From: an uncultured Gemmatimonadales bacterium
Lineage (GTDB): Bacteria > Gemmatimonadota > Gemmatimonadetes > Gemmatimonadales > Gemmatimonadaceae
Reading direction: 5' to 3'
Length of the DNA: 64,000 nt
Assembly (NCBI GenBank): GCA_963851265.1
Contig: CAWKNZ010000002.1
Location: 1,504,001-1,568,000 of the forward strand
Each line of letters starts with the position of its first letter. Within the stretch, counting starts at the first letter, position 1. The notes beneath the pieces are model-generated. The model made no database searches, was not told the DNA's origin, and saw nothing but the letters and a program-made list of their open reading frames with translations. This document shows, piece after piece, positions 1 to 10,828 of this stretch. A program made the translations under genes and the position numbers.

Positions 1-453
1 TGAGGTCGTCGACGAGCCGCCCGAGGACGAAGAGCCGCTCGAGGAACCGCCGCCGGATGAGGTGCCCCCCGACGTGTTCGCCCCCGTGCTGCTCGACGAT
101 CCTCCGCCGCTGGTCGCCCCCCCGGTTGACGCGCCGCCCGTCGACCCGCCGCCCGTCGACCCGCTGCCGGTCGACCCGCTGCCGTCCTTCGTCCCGGAGC
201 TTTCGCCCTTGCCGCCCGACTCCCCTGCTTCGCCCTTCGTCGACGATGCGCCGCCGCTCGTGCGGTGCGCGTTCTTCCCGTAGTCGGTGAGGTAGAAACC
301 GCTGCCTTTGAAGACGAGCCCAGCGCCGCCCGAAATCGCGCGTTCCGCGACCGCGCCGCAGATCGGGCAGATCGCCGTGCTCGGCGCGTCGCTGATCTTG
401 TGCATCTGATCGAACGTGTGACCGTTGCTGCAGCGAAACTCGTAAGTCGGCAT
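1..453 (-). CDS. FmdB-family zinc-ribbon protein with long Gly/Ser-rich tail (3' end runs off window; missing from the ORF track)
   Basis: Manual translation from ATG at 453: MPTYEFRCSNGHTFDQMHKISDAPSTAICPICGAVAERAISGGAGLVFKGSGFYLTDYGK..., with the family-typical MPxYEYxC..H.F..CPxCG..FKGSGFYxTDY pattern; open to position 1. Confidence 0.9.
   Translation of the reverse strand, partial: MPTYEFRCSNGHTFDQMHKISDAPSTAICPICGAVAERAISGGAGLVFKGSGFYLTDYGKNAHRTSGGASSTKGEAGESGGKGESSGTKDGSGSTGSGSTGGGSTGGASTGGATSGGGSSSSTGANTSGGTSSGGGSSSGSSSSGGSSTTS
125..184. repeat. 15-bp tandem repeat, 4 imperfect units (GTCGACCCGCYGCCS) encoding G[SG]GST/GGAST units in the FmdB tail
   Basis: Units at 125, 140, 155 and 170 read directly. 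Confidence 0.75.
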
Positions 454-615
454 CGATTCGGTACTTATGGCGAGGGCTCGAACGCGCGAAGGATACCGGC
501 CGAATGCGTTGCCTACAAGCCGGAGACCGCGCTCGACGCGGCACGCGTCTTCCCATCGGGCGCGACACGTGACGGCGTTCCGCGGTCGCGCCCACGCCAT
601 CTGCCGACTCTCGTC

Positions 616-1542
616 ATGCCGACCGCGCCGCCACCGATCGCCCCGCCGCACCCGCCAGCCGACACCGACGACCGCCGCGATCCGACTGTGTCGGATTCGG
701 GCGAACACGCGTCGTCGTCGCAGACTCCGGCCGTGGGCACGCGCCTGTCCGCGGCCGAGATCCACGACAACGTGGTGGTCGCGGCCGACGAGGAAATGCG
801 GCGGTCGACGACGGAACTCGCGTTTTCGGCGTTCCAGGCCGGATTGATGATCGGCTTCAGCCTGCTCGCGGCGGCGTACCTGGCGTCGCTCGTCGGCCCG
901 GAGCACCGCGCCGCAGCCGCCGCAGCGGGCTACCCGCTCGGCTTCATCTTCGTCGTGCTCGCGCGCAACCAGCTGTTCACGGAAAACACGCTCGATCCGC
1001 TCCTCCCATTGCTGGAGCGCCGAGACCAGGAGACGCTCAACGGCGTCGTTCGCCTCTGGAGCATCGTCCTGCCCGGCAACCTGCTCGGCGCGCTCGCGTT
1101 CGCCCTGCTCGCGGCGCACACGCCGATGATCGACGGCCCGCTCCAGACGTCGCTGCACGACGTCGCCGAGCACGCGACCAGCGGCGGGTTCGGTATCGTA
1201 TTCTACCGCGCGATTTTCGGCGGGTGGCTGGTCGCGCTCATGGCGTGGCTGGTGGCCTCGACGTCGTTCACCGGCGCGCAGATCCTGTTCGTGTGGCTCA
1301 CGACGGCGCCGATCGCCGCGTTCGGGTTCCGCCACGCCATCGCAGGCGCGGCCGAAGCCTTTTACCAGGCCGCCTCCGGCCGCTCGACGTGGGCCGAGAT
1401 GTTAGGCGCGTTTCTCGTGCCGGCCATCCTCGGCAACATCGTCGGCGGCGGCGTGCTCGTCGCGTTGCTGAACCACGGACAGGTGTTCTCGCGGCTCGCG
1501 CGCCGCATGCGACGCAGGGAAGGCGACGCGAAGCGGACCTAG
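616..1542 (+). CDS. Formate/nitrite transporter (FNT) family channel, YfdC-like
   Basis: Multiple hydrophobic helices; motifs GYPLGFIFVVLARNQLFTENT, GNLLGA and GNIVGG; ATG at 616 preferred over the ORF-track start at 265. Confidence 0.85.
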   Translation: MPTAPPPIAPPHPPADTDDRRDPTVSDSGEHASSSQTPAVGTRLSAAEIHDNVVVAADEEMRRSTTELAFSAFQAGLMIGFSLLAAAYLASLVGPEHRAAAAAAGYPLGFIFVVLARNQLFTENTLDPLLPLLERRDQETLNGVVRLWSIVLPGNLLGALAFALLAAHTPMIDGPLQTSLHDVAEHATSGGFGIVFYRAIFGGWLVALMAWLVASTSFTGAQILFVWLTTAPIAAFGFRHAIAGAAEAFYQAASGRSTWAEMLGAFLVPAILGNIVGGGVLVALLNHGQVFSRLARRMRRREGDAKRT

Positions 1543-1834
1543 AGCGCCGAACGCGCCCTTTCGCGCCGAGGGTCACGCGTCGCGCGCGGCCCGCAGCCGG
1601 GCGAGTGCCGCGTCGACGGACCGCGGCAGTGCCGGCGCGTCCCCGCACGGTGCTACGCCCACTGCCGTCGTGAACGAGCATAGCGAACGCGAACCGGGCG
1701 GTCCAACTGAGTCCGCGATTCGCTCGCCCATCGTCACCGGCGTGTGTCGGTCGGCGCCGCTGTCGTCTGCGTCGTGCGCTCAACGACGCTCGAATGCAGA
1801 CTCTCTCCCAGCGTTCCTCGATCGACGTGAGGTT

Positions 1835-1972
1835 CTAGCGCCGGGAGGCTTGGCCGACGACCCACAGCCGCCCGCGTTCGGCATCGTATGCGAGCCGGCT
1901 CGTGACCGCGAATCCGTCGAGCGGCTCGTCGCACCCCAGATCCCAATTCCGCGACCCGCGTCGCGTATACAC
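1835..1972 (-). CDS. Possible 45-aa small protein or gene remnant
   Basis: GTG at 1972, 16 nt downstream of the mutase stop: (M)YTRRGSRNWDLGCDEPLDGFAVTSRLAYDAERGRLWVVGQASRR; composition is unlike the Arg/Ala/Pro-rich shadow ORFs. Confidence 0.3.
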   Translation of the reverse strand: MYTRRGSRNWDLGCDEPLDGFAVTSRLAYDAERGRLWVVGQASRR

Positions 1973-1988
1973 CGGCGCGGTCGCCGCG

Positions 1989-3626
1989 TCAGGCGCTCGG
2001 CCGGTAGCGCCCCCACGCGGCGGCGAGTGTGTCCGAGATCTCGCCCACCGACGCGCGGGCACGCACCGCGTCGACGACCAGCGGCATCAAGGGCGCGCGG
2101 GCCGCACCCGGAACCGCGTACGGCGGCGCGGCGGCGGCGAGGGCGCCCAACGTGCGCTCGACGGCGACGGCGTCGCGCCGACGGCGGACCGACGCGAGCG
2201 CGTCGACCTGCGCGCGTTCGAGCGCACTGAAGTCGGGAGCAGGGATGATCGGCGGCTCCTGCGCGTCCGCGAACTTGTTGACGCCGACGACGACCGTCTC
2301 GCCGGCCTCGACGCGGAGCTGGTGTTCGTACGCGCTCCGCGCGATCTCCTCCTGAAAGAAGCCGCGCGCGATCGCCTCCGCCGCTCCGCCCATCGCGTCC
2401 ACGCGCTCGAGCAACTCGCGCGCGCGCCGTTCCAACTCGTCGGTGAGCGACTCCACGTAATAGCTTCCCGCCAGCGGGTCAACCGTCTGGGCGGTGCCGC
2501 TCTCGTATCCGAGGATCTGCTGCGTGCGCAGCGCGAGCGTTGCCGCCTCGGCGGTCGGCAGCGCGAGCGCCTCGTCGTAACCGTTGGTGTGGAGCGACTG
2601 CGTGCCGCCCAACACGGCGGCGAGCGCCTGCACCGTCACCCGGACCACGTTGTTGAGCGGTTGCTGCGCCTGCAGCGTGACGCCGCCGGTCTGCGTGTGG
2701 AAGCGCAGCCGCGCGCTCGCGTCGGACGCGCCGAACCGCTCGCGCATCAGGCGCGCGTAAAGGCGACGCGCGGCGCGGAACTTCGCGGCCTCCTCGAACA
2801 GGTCGTTGTGCGCGGCGAAGAAGAAGGACAGGCGCGGCGCGAAGGCGTCGACCGGGAGTCCGGCGTCCACCGCGCGCCGCACGTACTCCATCGCGTTGGC
2901 GAACGTGAACGCGAGCTCCTGCACGGCCGTCGCGCCCGCCTCGCGGATGTGGTACCCGGAGATCGAGATCGGATTCCACAACGGCACCTCGGCCGCGCAG
3001 AACCGGAACGTCTCGGCCACGAGGTTGAGCGACGGCTCGGGCGGGAAGACGTAGGTGCCGCGCGCCGCGTACTCCTTGAGGATGTCGTTCTGCGTCGTGC
3101 CCGACAGCTTGTCGCGCGCGATCCCCCGCTCCTCTGCCACCACGACGTACATCGCGAGCAGGACCGACGCGGTGGCGTTGATCGTCATCGAGGTCGAGAC
3201 GCGGTCGAGCGGCAGGCCCGCCAGCAGCGCGTGCATGTCCTCGACGGTGTCGATCGCGACCCCCACCCGCCCGACCTCGCCTAACGCGCGCGGCGAGTCC
3301 GAATCGATGCCCATCTGCGTGGGGAGGTCGAACGCCGTCGAGAGTCCGGTCTGTCCGGCATCGAGGAGCAGCTTGAACCGCGCGTTCGTGTCGGCCGCGG
3401 TGCCGAAGCCGGCGTACTGGCGCATCGTCCACAGCCGGCCCCGGTACATCGAGGCCTGCACGCCGCGCGTGAACGGGAACGCGCCCGGGTCGCCGAGGTC
3501 GACCCGGTAATCGATGTGCGCCCCGCCCTCGCCCGCGTCGGCGGGTCGGTACACGGGCGCGACCGGGATGTCGGACGGCGAGCGCCGCTCGTCGCCCGAC
3601 GCGGCCGGCCTAACAGGAGCGGCCAC
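1989..3626 (-). CDS. Methylmalonyl-CoA mutase family, catalytic (substrate-binding) subunit without a B12-binding domain
   Basis: [60 protein letters not shown] and DPLAGSY motifs; no DxHxxG domain. Confidence 0.95.
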   Translation of the reverse strand: MAAPVRPAASGDERRSPSDIPVAPVYRPADAGEGGAHIDYRVDLGDPGAFPFTRGVQASMYRGRLWTMRQYAGFGTAADTNARFKLLLDAGQTGLSTAFDLPTQMGIDSDSPRALGEVGRVGVAIDTVEDMHALLAGLPLDRVSTSMTINATASVLLAMYVVVAEERGIARDKLSGTTQNDILKEYAARGTYVFPPEPSLNLVAETFRFCAAEVPLWNPISISGYHIREAGATAVQELAFTFANAMEYVRRAVDAGLPVDAFAPRLSFFFAAHNDLFEEAAKFRAARRLYARLMRERFGASDASARLRFHTQTGGVTLQAQQPLNNVVRVTVQALAAVLGGTQSLHTNGYDEALALPTAEAATLALRTQQILGYESGTAQTVDPLAGSYYVESLTDELERRARELLERVDAMGGAAEAIARGFFQEEIARSAYEHQLRVEAGETVVVGVNKFADAQEPPIIPAPDFSALERAQVDALASVRRRRDAVAVERTLGALAAAAPPYAVPGAARAPLMPLVVDAVRARASVGEISDTLAAAWGRYRPSA

Positions 3627-3635
3627 GATCCCGCC

Positions 3636-4748
<1,113 letters not shown>

Positions 4749-4770
4749 GGGACTGGGCCTCGGCAGGGGT

Positions 4771-5202
4771 TCAGCCGGGCAGCCGACGGGGAACAGACGG
4801 TCGGGCCGCGGCGGCCGTGCTCGCCCGTGCGAGTTGAGCACTCGCGAAGCGATCGGCCTCGGTCTCGAAACGGTTCCGGGCGTACCCGTGTCGCAGCGAC
4901 TCCCAGCAGTACAGCAGCGGGAACGCGCGCTGCCGGGCAAACTGACGGACGTGCGCGAGTTCGTGCAAGAGCAACGCGGCCGACGCACCCTCGGCATCCG
5001 CGAGGAAGATCGTTCCCCAGAGTGTGATGCCCGCCACGGTGGCCTGCCCCAGGCACCACCCGCCGACGCGCAGCGGCAGCCCGCCCGTGCGCCAGCGCGC
5101 GTCCGCGAGTTCGGGATGTCGCGCCAGCAAGGCCGTCGCGAGCGTGATCGGTCGGCCGACGAGCGCGACGCGCACGCGCGCGAGGAGGGACGCGCGCCTC
5201 AC
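4771..5202 (-). CDS. Small HEXXH zinc-metallopeptidase-like protein (DUF4157-like)
   Basis: [11 protein letters not shown]...[12 protein letters not shown]...Y..NRFETEA; GTG start overlaps the comEC stop (GTGA). Confidence 0.7.
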   Translation of the reverse strand: MRRASLLARVRVALVGRPITLATALLARHPELADARWRTGGLPLRVGGWCLGQATVAGITLWGTIFLADAEGASAALLLHELAHVRQFARQRAFPLLYCWESLRHGYARNRFETEADRFASAQLARASTAAAARPSVPRRLPG

Positions 5203-7589
5203 GGCGCCCCAGGCTCGACGGCAACGGAGCGACCGTCCGTGGTCACGACGAGGGTTCCATCGGCATCGGTGCGTCGCACCTCCGCGCCGCCCGCGCGGAG
5301 CCGGCCGACGACCTCCGGGCTCGGGTGTCCGTACATGTTGGCTGCACCCACGCTGACGAGCGCGAGTCGCGGTCGGACGGCACCGAGAAACGCCGCGGTC
5401 GAACTGGTCGCACTTCCGTGGTGGGCCACCTTGAGCACGTCTGCGGTAAGGCTCGCGTCCGGACCGCCGGTCGCGGCGCGCGCTACGAGCCACGCCTCCT
5501 CGGGACCTTCCGCGTCGCCGGTCAGCAGAAAGCGCACCGCGCCGTACTCGACGCGTACCACGACGCTCGAAAGGTTGGGGTCGTGCAGCTCGGCCGTCCA
5601 CGCCGAATCGGGCGCGAGCGCGGTCAACCGTACGCCGTCGATGGTGAGGACGTCGTCGGGCCGCACGCGGTGCCAGGTCGCGCCCGCGTCGCGCGTCGCG
5701 GCGAGCACGTCGCGGTACGTGGCGCTGCCGAGTGCGTAGCCGCCGTCCCACACGGTGGCGGGGCGCAGTCGCCGGATGACCGACGGCGCGCCGCCGACGT
5801 GATCGGCGTGCGGGTGCGACAGCACGAGGGCAGCCACGCGGCCGCCGCGGCGGCGCACGTAGGGCACGACGACGTGAGCCCCGGCATCCACGCCGATTCC
5901 GCCCGGGCCGGCGTCGAACAACACCCAATCGCCGTGCGGCGTCCGGAGTGCCACGGCGTCGCCCTGCCCGACGTCGAGCACGTGCAGTTCGAGTCGCCCG
6001 CTCCCACCCGGCCGGGCCCACGCGAGGGCCGCGCCGGCGAGCGCGATCACACCGGCGAGGGCGACGCGTGCGGACTGGCGGCGTCCGGTCGCCGCTCGCG
6101 CGACGAACGCCCCCGCCGCGATCGCCGCACACGCGGCGCCCAACAGCGTCGGCGCGACCGCGACGGTCGCGCCGGGAAACGCGCCCAGGTGTTCGGCAAG
6201 CGCCGTGAGCGCGCGCAGGAGGAGTCGCGTCCCGTCCGCGAGGAGCGTGGCGAGCGGCCGGAGCGGCGCGACGACGACGGTGAGGAACAGTGCCGGCTGC
6301 AGGAGTGCGAGCACCGGTTCGGCGGCGAGGTTCGCGACGATGCCCACGGTGCTCACGCGGCCGAAGTGCCACGCGACGAGCGGCGCGGTCGCGAGCGTCG
6401 CGACCGCGCCGACCAGCGTGTCGGTGGCGAGGCGCGCTCGCCACGCGACGCGCCCGTGCGCGGTCAGGCCGCCCCAGAGGCGCACCTGGGGCGAAGGAGC
6501 CGGAGGAGGCGCCGCATAGGGCGACGGACGGTGCGCGGCGCGCGCAGCGCGCGTCCACCGGGCCCCGAGCGCGCGAGAGGCGACGAGTGCCGCCATTCCC
6601 GACATCGATAGCTGATAGCCGAGATCGAGTACGACTCGCGGGTCGACCAGCGGGACGAGGCCGCCAGCGGCGAACGCGGTCCAAGGCGACGTCGGGCGCT
6701 GCGAGACGCGCGATGCGGCGCCCGCGGCGAGCATGACGGCGGCCCGCACCGCCGGCGCAGGCGCACCGATCAGCAGCACGTACGCCCCGACCGCCGCCGT
6801 GCTCGTGACGGCCACCGTGCCGGGCGCCAGGCGTCCCGCACGAAGCAGAAGCGTGAGCGCGCCGGCGACGATCGCGACGTGGAGTCCAGACACGCTGAGG
6901 GCGTGCACGAGCCCTGCATCGGCGTACGCGTCGCGGACCGCCGGCGGGATGTCGTCCTCGTCGGCGATCACGAGGGCCCGCGCGAGCGGCGCGTCGCGCG
7001 AACCGAACAAGGTGTCGAGCACCGCGCCGACGCGCGCGCGAGTGCGCACGAGGTGGTCGACGCCACCGATCGGCGTGATCACCGTCTCGGGCACCCGCAC
7101 GCCGCGCGGGGTCGGCCAGGCGATACCGCGCGCGGCGATGCGCGCGCCCGCGCTCGCGGAGCCCGCTGCGACGTGGAGCGAGGCGCGCGCGGCGCACGGC
7201 GCCTCGACGGCGACGCGGGCGCGGTCACCAGGCCCTGCGTCGGCGAGGATCACGCCTTGGAACGCGCCCTCCTGCACGAGTCGCGCGCGACAGGCCGTGT
7301 CGGCGCGCGTCGCGAGTGCGCCCGAGAGCAGGCCGCCCGCACCGCACGCGGCAGCGAACGCGGTGGCGCGCCAGCGTCGGGCGTGGCGGTCGCCCAGCGC
7401 GCGTGCGAAGCACGCGGCGGCGACTCCGGCCGAGGCCAGGGCGAGCGCGATCGCGGCGGCAGGCTGCCGGGCGGCCACGAGCAACCCGGCCGCGGCTCCG
7501 CCCGCGAGCGCGACGTAAGTTCGGAAGAGCGGCGACACGCGCGCAGCATACCGGCGGCGCGCTGGCCACCATCCATCACGGCCTTGCAT
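5199..7589 (-). CDS. comEC: DNA internalization competence protein ComEC/Rec2 (start uncertain, could be GTG near 7538)
   Basis: Competence domain GLVHALSVSGLHV and GYQLS; C-terminal metallo-beta-lactamase domain LDVGQGDA, SHPHADHVGG, LKVAHHGS, NMYGHP. Confidence 0.93.
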   Translation of the reverse strand: MQGRDGWWPARRRYAARVSPLFRTYVALAGGAAAGLLVAARQPAAAIALALASAGVAAACFARALGDRHARRWRATAFAAACGAGGLLSGALATRADTACRARLVQEGAFQGVILADAGPGDRARVAVEAPCAARASLHVAAGSASAGARIAARGIAWPTPRGVRVPETVITPIGGVDHLVRTRARVGAVLDTLFGSRDAPLARALVIADEDDIPPAVRDAYADAGLVHALSVSGLHVAIVAGALTLLLRAGRLAPGTVAVTSTAAVGAYVLLIGAPAPAVRAAVMLAAGAASRVSQRPTSPWTAFAAGGLVPLVDPRVVLDLGYQLSMSGMAALVASRALGARWTRAARAAHRPSPYAAPPPAPSPQVRLWGGLTAHGRVAWRARLATDTLVGAVATLATAPLVAWHFGRVSTVGIVANLAAEPVLALLQPALFLTVVVAPLRPLATLLADGTRLLLRALTALAEHLGAFPGATVAVAPTLLGAACAAIAAGAFVARAATGRRQSARVALAGVIALAGAALAWARPGGSGRLELHVLDVGQGDAVALRTPHGDWVLFDAGPGGIGVDAGAHVVVPYVRRRGGRVAALVLSHPHADHVGGAPSVIRRLRPATVWDGGYALGSATYRDVLAATRDAGATWHRVRPDDVLTIDGVRLTALAPDSAWTAELHDPNLSSVVVRVEYGAVRFLLTGDAEGPEEAWLVARAATGGPDASLTADVLKVAHHGSATSSTAAFLGAVRPRLALVSVGAANMYGHPSPEVVGRLRAGGAEVRRTDADGTLVVTTDGRSVAVEPGAP

Positions 7590-7633
7590 GGTGGGCTGAA
7601 ACGTCGCCCGCCCGACCGTTCACTCCGTCATCC

Positions 7634-8197
7634 GTGTCCGACCCGCGTCCCCGGTCCGAACTGCTCGACCGCGTCCTGTCCGCGTCGGCCGCCCTCGTCG
7701 CCGCGTCGGCGCTCGCCGTCTCCGTGTACCAGGCGAGGATCATGCGCGAACAGCAGGTGATGAGCGCGTGGCCGTACGTCGTTCAGGGCAACACGGGCGT
7801 CGACCCCTATGCTCGCATCGTCCAGAACGTCGGACTCGGCCCGGCGCTCGTGCGAAGTTTCATCGTGGAAGTCGACGGCCGCCCGGTCCACTACTGGGGC
7901 GAGCTGCGCGAGGCGGTCGAGCACGGCTCCAGGCCGGCACCCATCGCGACGCGCAGCACGAGTTCTACGCTTCGCCGGGGACTGGTACTGCTACCCGGCA
8001 CGCCGAGCGAGGTGCTGCACGTGGAGGGTGCCGACGCGGCGGCGCGCATGCGCGCCGTGCTCACCGACGAGCGCGTTCGGATGCGCGTGTGCTACTGCTC
8101 CCTGTACGAGGACTGCTGGACGTCCGACACGCGCGAGTACGAGCCCGTCCGCGTGGCCGCGTGCCCGTCCGACGCGACGCGCGAGTTCTACCGTTAG
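7634..8197 (+). CDS. Hypothetical membrane-anchored protein with C-terminal CYCS..CW..C motif
   Basis: N-terminal TM segment (SASAALVAASALAVSVYQ), NVGLGPA and CYCSLYEDCW; fills the gap between comEC and miaB. Confidence 0.7.
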   Translation: MSDPRPRSELLDRVLSASAALVAASALAVSVYQARIMREQQVMSAWPYVVQGNTGVDPYARIVQNVGLGPALVRSFIVEVDGRPVHYWGELREAVEHGSRPAPIATRSTSSTLRRGLVLLPGTPSEVLHVEGADAAARMRAVLTDERVRMRVCYCSLYEDCWTSDTREYEPVRVAACPSDATREFYR

Positions 8198-9546
8198 GCG
8201 AACGCGGCCATCGGCAGCGCCGCGCGACGCGGCTCCGCGTCGCGCACCACGCTCCCGGTGAACGTCGACCCTGTCGTTCCCGTCAGCTCCACCGTCACGT
8301 AGTCCCCGATCGCGGCGTGGTCCGACGGCAGCATCACCGTCTTGAAGTCCCGGGTCCGCGCTTGCAGCAGCCCGCCGCGCCGCGCTTCCTTCTCGACGAG
8401 CACCTCGTGCCGCGTGCCCAACAGCCGGAGATTGCGCTCTCGCGCCCCGCCGCGCACCGTCGCGATCAGCCGCTCGAGTCGCGCGCTGGCGACGTCGTCG
8501 GGTACGAAGGTTGACGCGTCCATGCGCGTCGCCGGCGTGCCGTCGCGCGGGGAGAACTTGAACGTGTACGCGTCCTCGAATCCCAGTTCCTCAACGAGCG
8601 ACAGCGTCTCGGCAAAGTCCTCCTCGGTTTCGCCCGGGAAGCCGACGATCACGTCCGTCGTGAGATTGACGCGCGGGATGGCCGCGCGCAGGCGCGCCAC
8701 GCAGTCGCGGTATCCCTCGCGCGTGTAGCGGCGCAGCATGCGCTTCAGCACCCGCGTCGACCCGCTCTGCATCGGCAGGTGGACGTGCTCGCACAGCTGC
8801 CGTACCTCGGCCATCGCCGCGAGGACGCGGTCGGTGAAGTCGTTGGGATGCGGGCTCGTGAAGCGAATGCGGCGCACGCCCTCGACCCCGCCCACGGCCC
8901 GGAGCAGGTCGGCAAAATCGTGCGTCCCGTCGTGGTACGAGTTCACCGTCTGGCCGAGCAGCACGACCTCGCCGATGCCGTCGCGGACGACCTGCTCCGT
9001 CTCGCGCACCACGTCGGCGAGCTTGCGGCTCCGCTCCGACCCGCGCGTGTACGGCACGATGCAGTACGTACATCGGTAGTCGCACCCGCGCTGCACCGGA
9101 ATCCACGCCTTCACGCCGTCGAACCGCCGCGGCGTGAAGTCCTCGTAGTGCTCCTCGAGGTCGAAGCTCGTCGCGGTCACGCGCTCGCCCGCGCGGGCGC
9201 TCTCGAGCATGAGCGGGAGCGCGCGGTAGCCGTCCGGCCCGACGACGAGCGACACGTGCCGCGCCTTCTCGAGCAGCGTCGGCCCGAGACGCTGCGCCAT
9301 GCACCCGGCGACGCCTAACACGCTCCCCGGCTTCATGTGCCGCTTGAGCTCGCCCAGGCGCCCCACCACACGCTGCTCCGCGTGGTCGCGGATCGCGCAC
9401 GTGTTCACGAGAATCACGTCTGCGCCGTCGGGCGCGTCGACCGCGTCGTAGCCGTTCGCGGCGAGGCTGCCGTACATGAGCTCCGAATCGCTCACGTTCA
9501 TCTGGCAGCCGTAGGTTTCGATGTAGACGGTCGGACGGGACATCAC
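8194..9546 (-). CDS. miaB: tRNA-2-methylthio-N6-dimethylallyladenosine synthase
   Basis: TYGCQMNVSDSE, NTCAIR, radical SAM CDYRCTYC, IVGFPGET, C-terminal TRAM domain. Confidence 0.95.
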   Translation of the reverse strand: MMSRPTVYIETYGCQMNVSDSELMYGSLAANGYDAVDAPDGADVILVNTCAIRDHAEQRVVGRLGELKRHMKPGSVLGVAGCMAQRLGPTLLEKARHVSLVVGPDGYRALPLMLESARAGERVTATSFDLEEHYEDFTPRRFDGVKAWIPVQRGCDYRCTYCIVPYTRGSERSRKLADVVRETEQVVRDGIGEVVLLGQTVNSYHDGTHDFADLLRAVGGVEGVRRIRFTSPHPNDFTDRVLAAMAEVRQLCEHVHLPMQSGSTRVLKRMLRRYTREGYRDCVARLRAAIPRVNLTTDVIVGFPGETEEDFAETLSLVEELGFEDAYTFKFSPRDGTPATRMDASTFVPDDVASARLERLIATVRGGARERNLRLLGTRHEVLVEKEARRGGLLQARTRDFKTVMLPSDHAAIGDYVTVELTGTTGSTFTGSVVRDAEPRRAALPMAAFA

Positions 9547-9592
9547 GCGCCTGAGGCAGAAGGCAGCGCCGACGGTGCGCCGGCTCCGGAAG

Positions 9593-10828
9593 CTACCCCG
9601 CCGTCCGCGCCTTCGTAACCGGTTGTCCCGTAACCGCTTGCGGCGTCGCCGACGGCGCGAGCGGGAGTAAGACGTGGAACGCTGCGCCCGGGAACTCGGC
9701 GTCGGGCGTCGCGCTCTGGACCCACACGCGCCCGCCGTGCGCCTCGACCGCGAGCTTGCAGAACGCCAGCCCGAGCCCGGAGCCGCGGCCGTGCGCGCGA
9801 TCCACCGGCGCGCCGGGCAGCCGTGCCGTCTGGAACTTGCGGAAGATCAACTCGCGATACTCGGGCGGCACGCCGGGCCCGCGGTCCTCGACGGTGAACA
9901 GCACGCCGTCCAACGCGGGCCGCGCACCCACGCGGACGGCGAGCCGCCCGTCGGCGCCGCCGCCGTGCACGAGCGCGTTCTGCAGCAGGTTGTTGAACAC
10001 GCGCCGTACGAGCGCCCGGTCCGCGGCCAACGTCGGCGTCCGGGCCGCGACATCGGTCGCGAGCGTCGCTTCCGCCGCGGCCAGTCGCACGGCCCAGTCG
10101 CGCCGCAGGTCGTCGAGCAGTTCGGCCGGCGCGATCGGTTCCGGGCGCAGCACCACCGACTCCTCCTCCACGCGCGCGACCTCGAGCAGGTCGTCGATCA
10201 GACCGAGCAGCTCCTCGGACTTCGACCTGGCGTCGCCGAGTGCGCCGCGCTGCACCGCCGACACGGTCCCATAGTCGCCATCCGACACCATCTCGAGCGT
10301 GGCGAGGACCGACGTGAGCGGCGACTTGAGGTCGTGCACCATCATCTTGAGCAGGTCGTCACGGACCTTTTCGAGCTCGCGCAGGCGGCGCACCGTATCC
10401 TCGAGCGCGTCGGTCGCGCGCTTGAGTCGCAGGAGGGACCGCACGCGCGCGCCGAGCACCTGGCGGTTGTGCGGCTTCGTGAGGAAATCGTCGCCGCCCG
10501 CCTCGATTGCGAGCACGCGGTCGTTCGTGTCGGTGAGCGCGGTGACGAAGATGACGGGAACGCGCGCGGTGCGCGCGTCCCGCTTGAGGCGGCGACACAC
10601 TTCGTAGCCGGCGGCGCGGTCCGGGACGCCGAGGTCTCCCGCCGGCATGGACACGTCGAGCAGGCAGATGTCGGGACGCGCCTCGAACGCGGTCGCGAGC
10701 GCGGACGGCGCGTCCGTCGCGGTCGCGGTCCGGTATCCCAGGATGTGCAACTGGTCGACGAGCAGCTCCACATTCGCGGGCACGTCGTCCGCGACGAGAA
10801 CAAGCGGGGCGTCGCTCCCGTCGGTCAC
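9593..10828 (-). CDS. Cytoplasmic hybrid kinase (N-terminal receiver + HisKA + HATPase)
   Basis: VLVADD...LLDVSMP...FLTKP receiver; MVHDLKSPL H-box; NLLQNA, DRGPG and GSGLGLAFC; GTG at 10828 overlaps the upstream stop. Confidence 0.9.
   Translation of the reverse strand: MTDGSDAPLVLVADDVPANVELLVDQLHILGYRTATATDAPSALATAFEARPDICLLDVSMPAGDLGVPDRAAGYEVCRRLKRDARTARVPVIFVTALTDTNDRVLAIEAGGDDFLTKPHNRQVLGARVRSLLRLKRATDALEDTVRRLRELEKVRDDLLKMMVHDLKSPLTSVLATLEMVSDGDYGTVSAVQRGALGDARSKSEELLGLIDDLLEVARVEEESVVLRPEPIAPAELLDDLRRDWAVRLAAAEATLATDVAARTPTLAADRALVRRVFNNLLQNALVHGGGADGRLAVRVGARPALDGVLFTVEDRGPGVPPEYRELIFRKFQTARLPGAPVDRAHGRGSGLGLAFCKLAVEAHGGRVWVQSATPDAEFPGAAFHVLLPLAPSATPQAVTGQPVTKARTAG

Noticed and set aside
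125..184. Short repeats as a CRISPR array
   Set aside because: The 15-bp units have no spacers, lie in frame in a coding tail, and no cas genes are present
3627..3635. Cobalamin riboswitch upstream of the mutase
   Set aside because: Only 9 nt separate fbp from the mutase start
4771..7197. 808-aa ORF overlapping comEC, and the many similar long R/A/P-rich or antisense ORFs
   Set aside because: Expected artefacts of stop-codon scarcity at high GC; only the last ~143 codons look like a real protein
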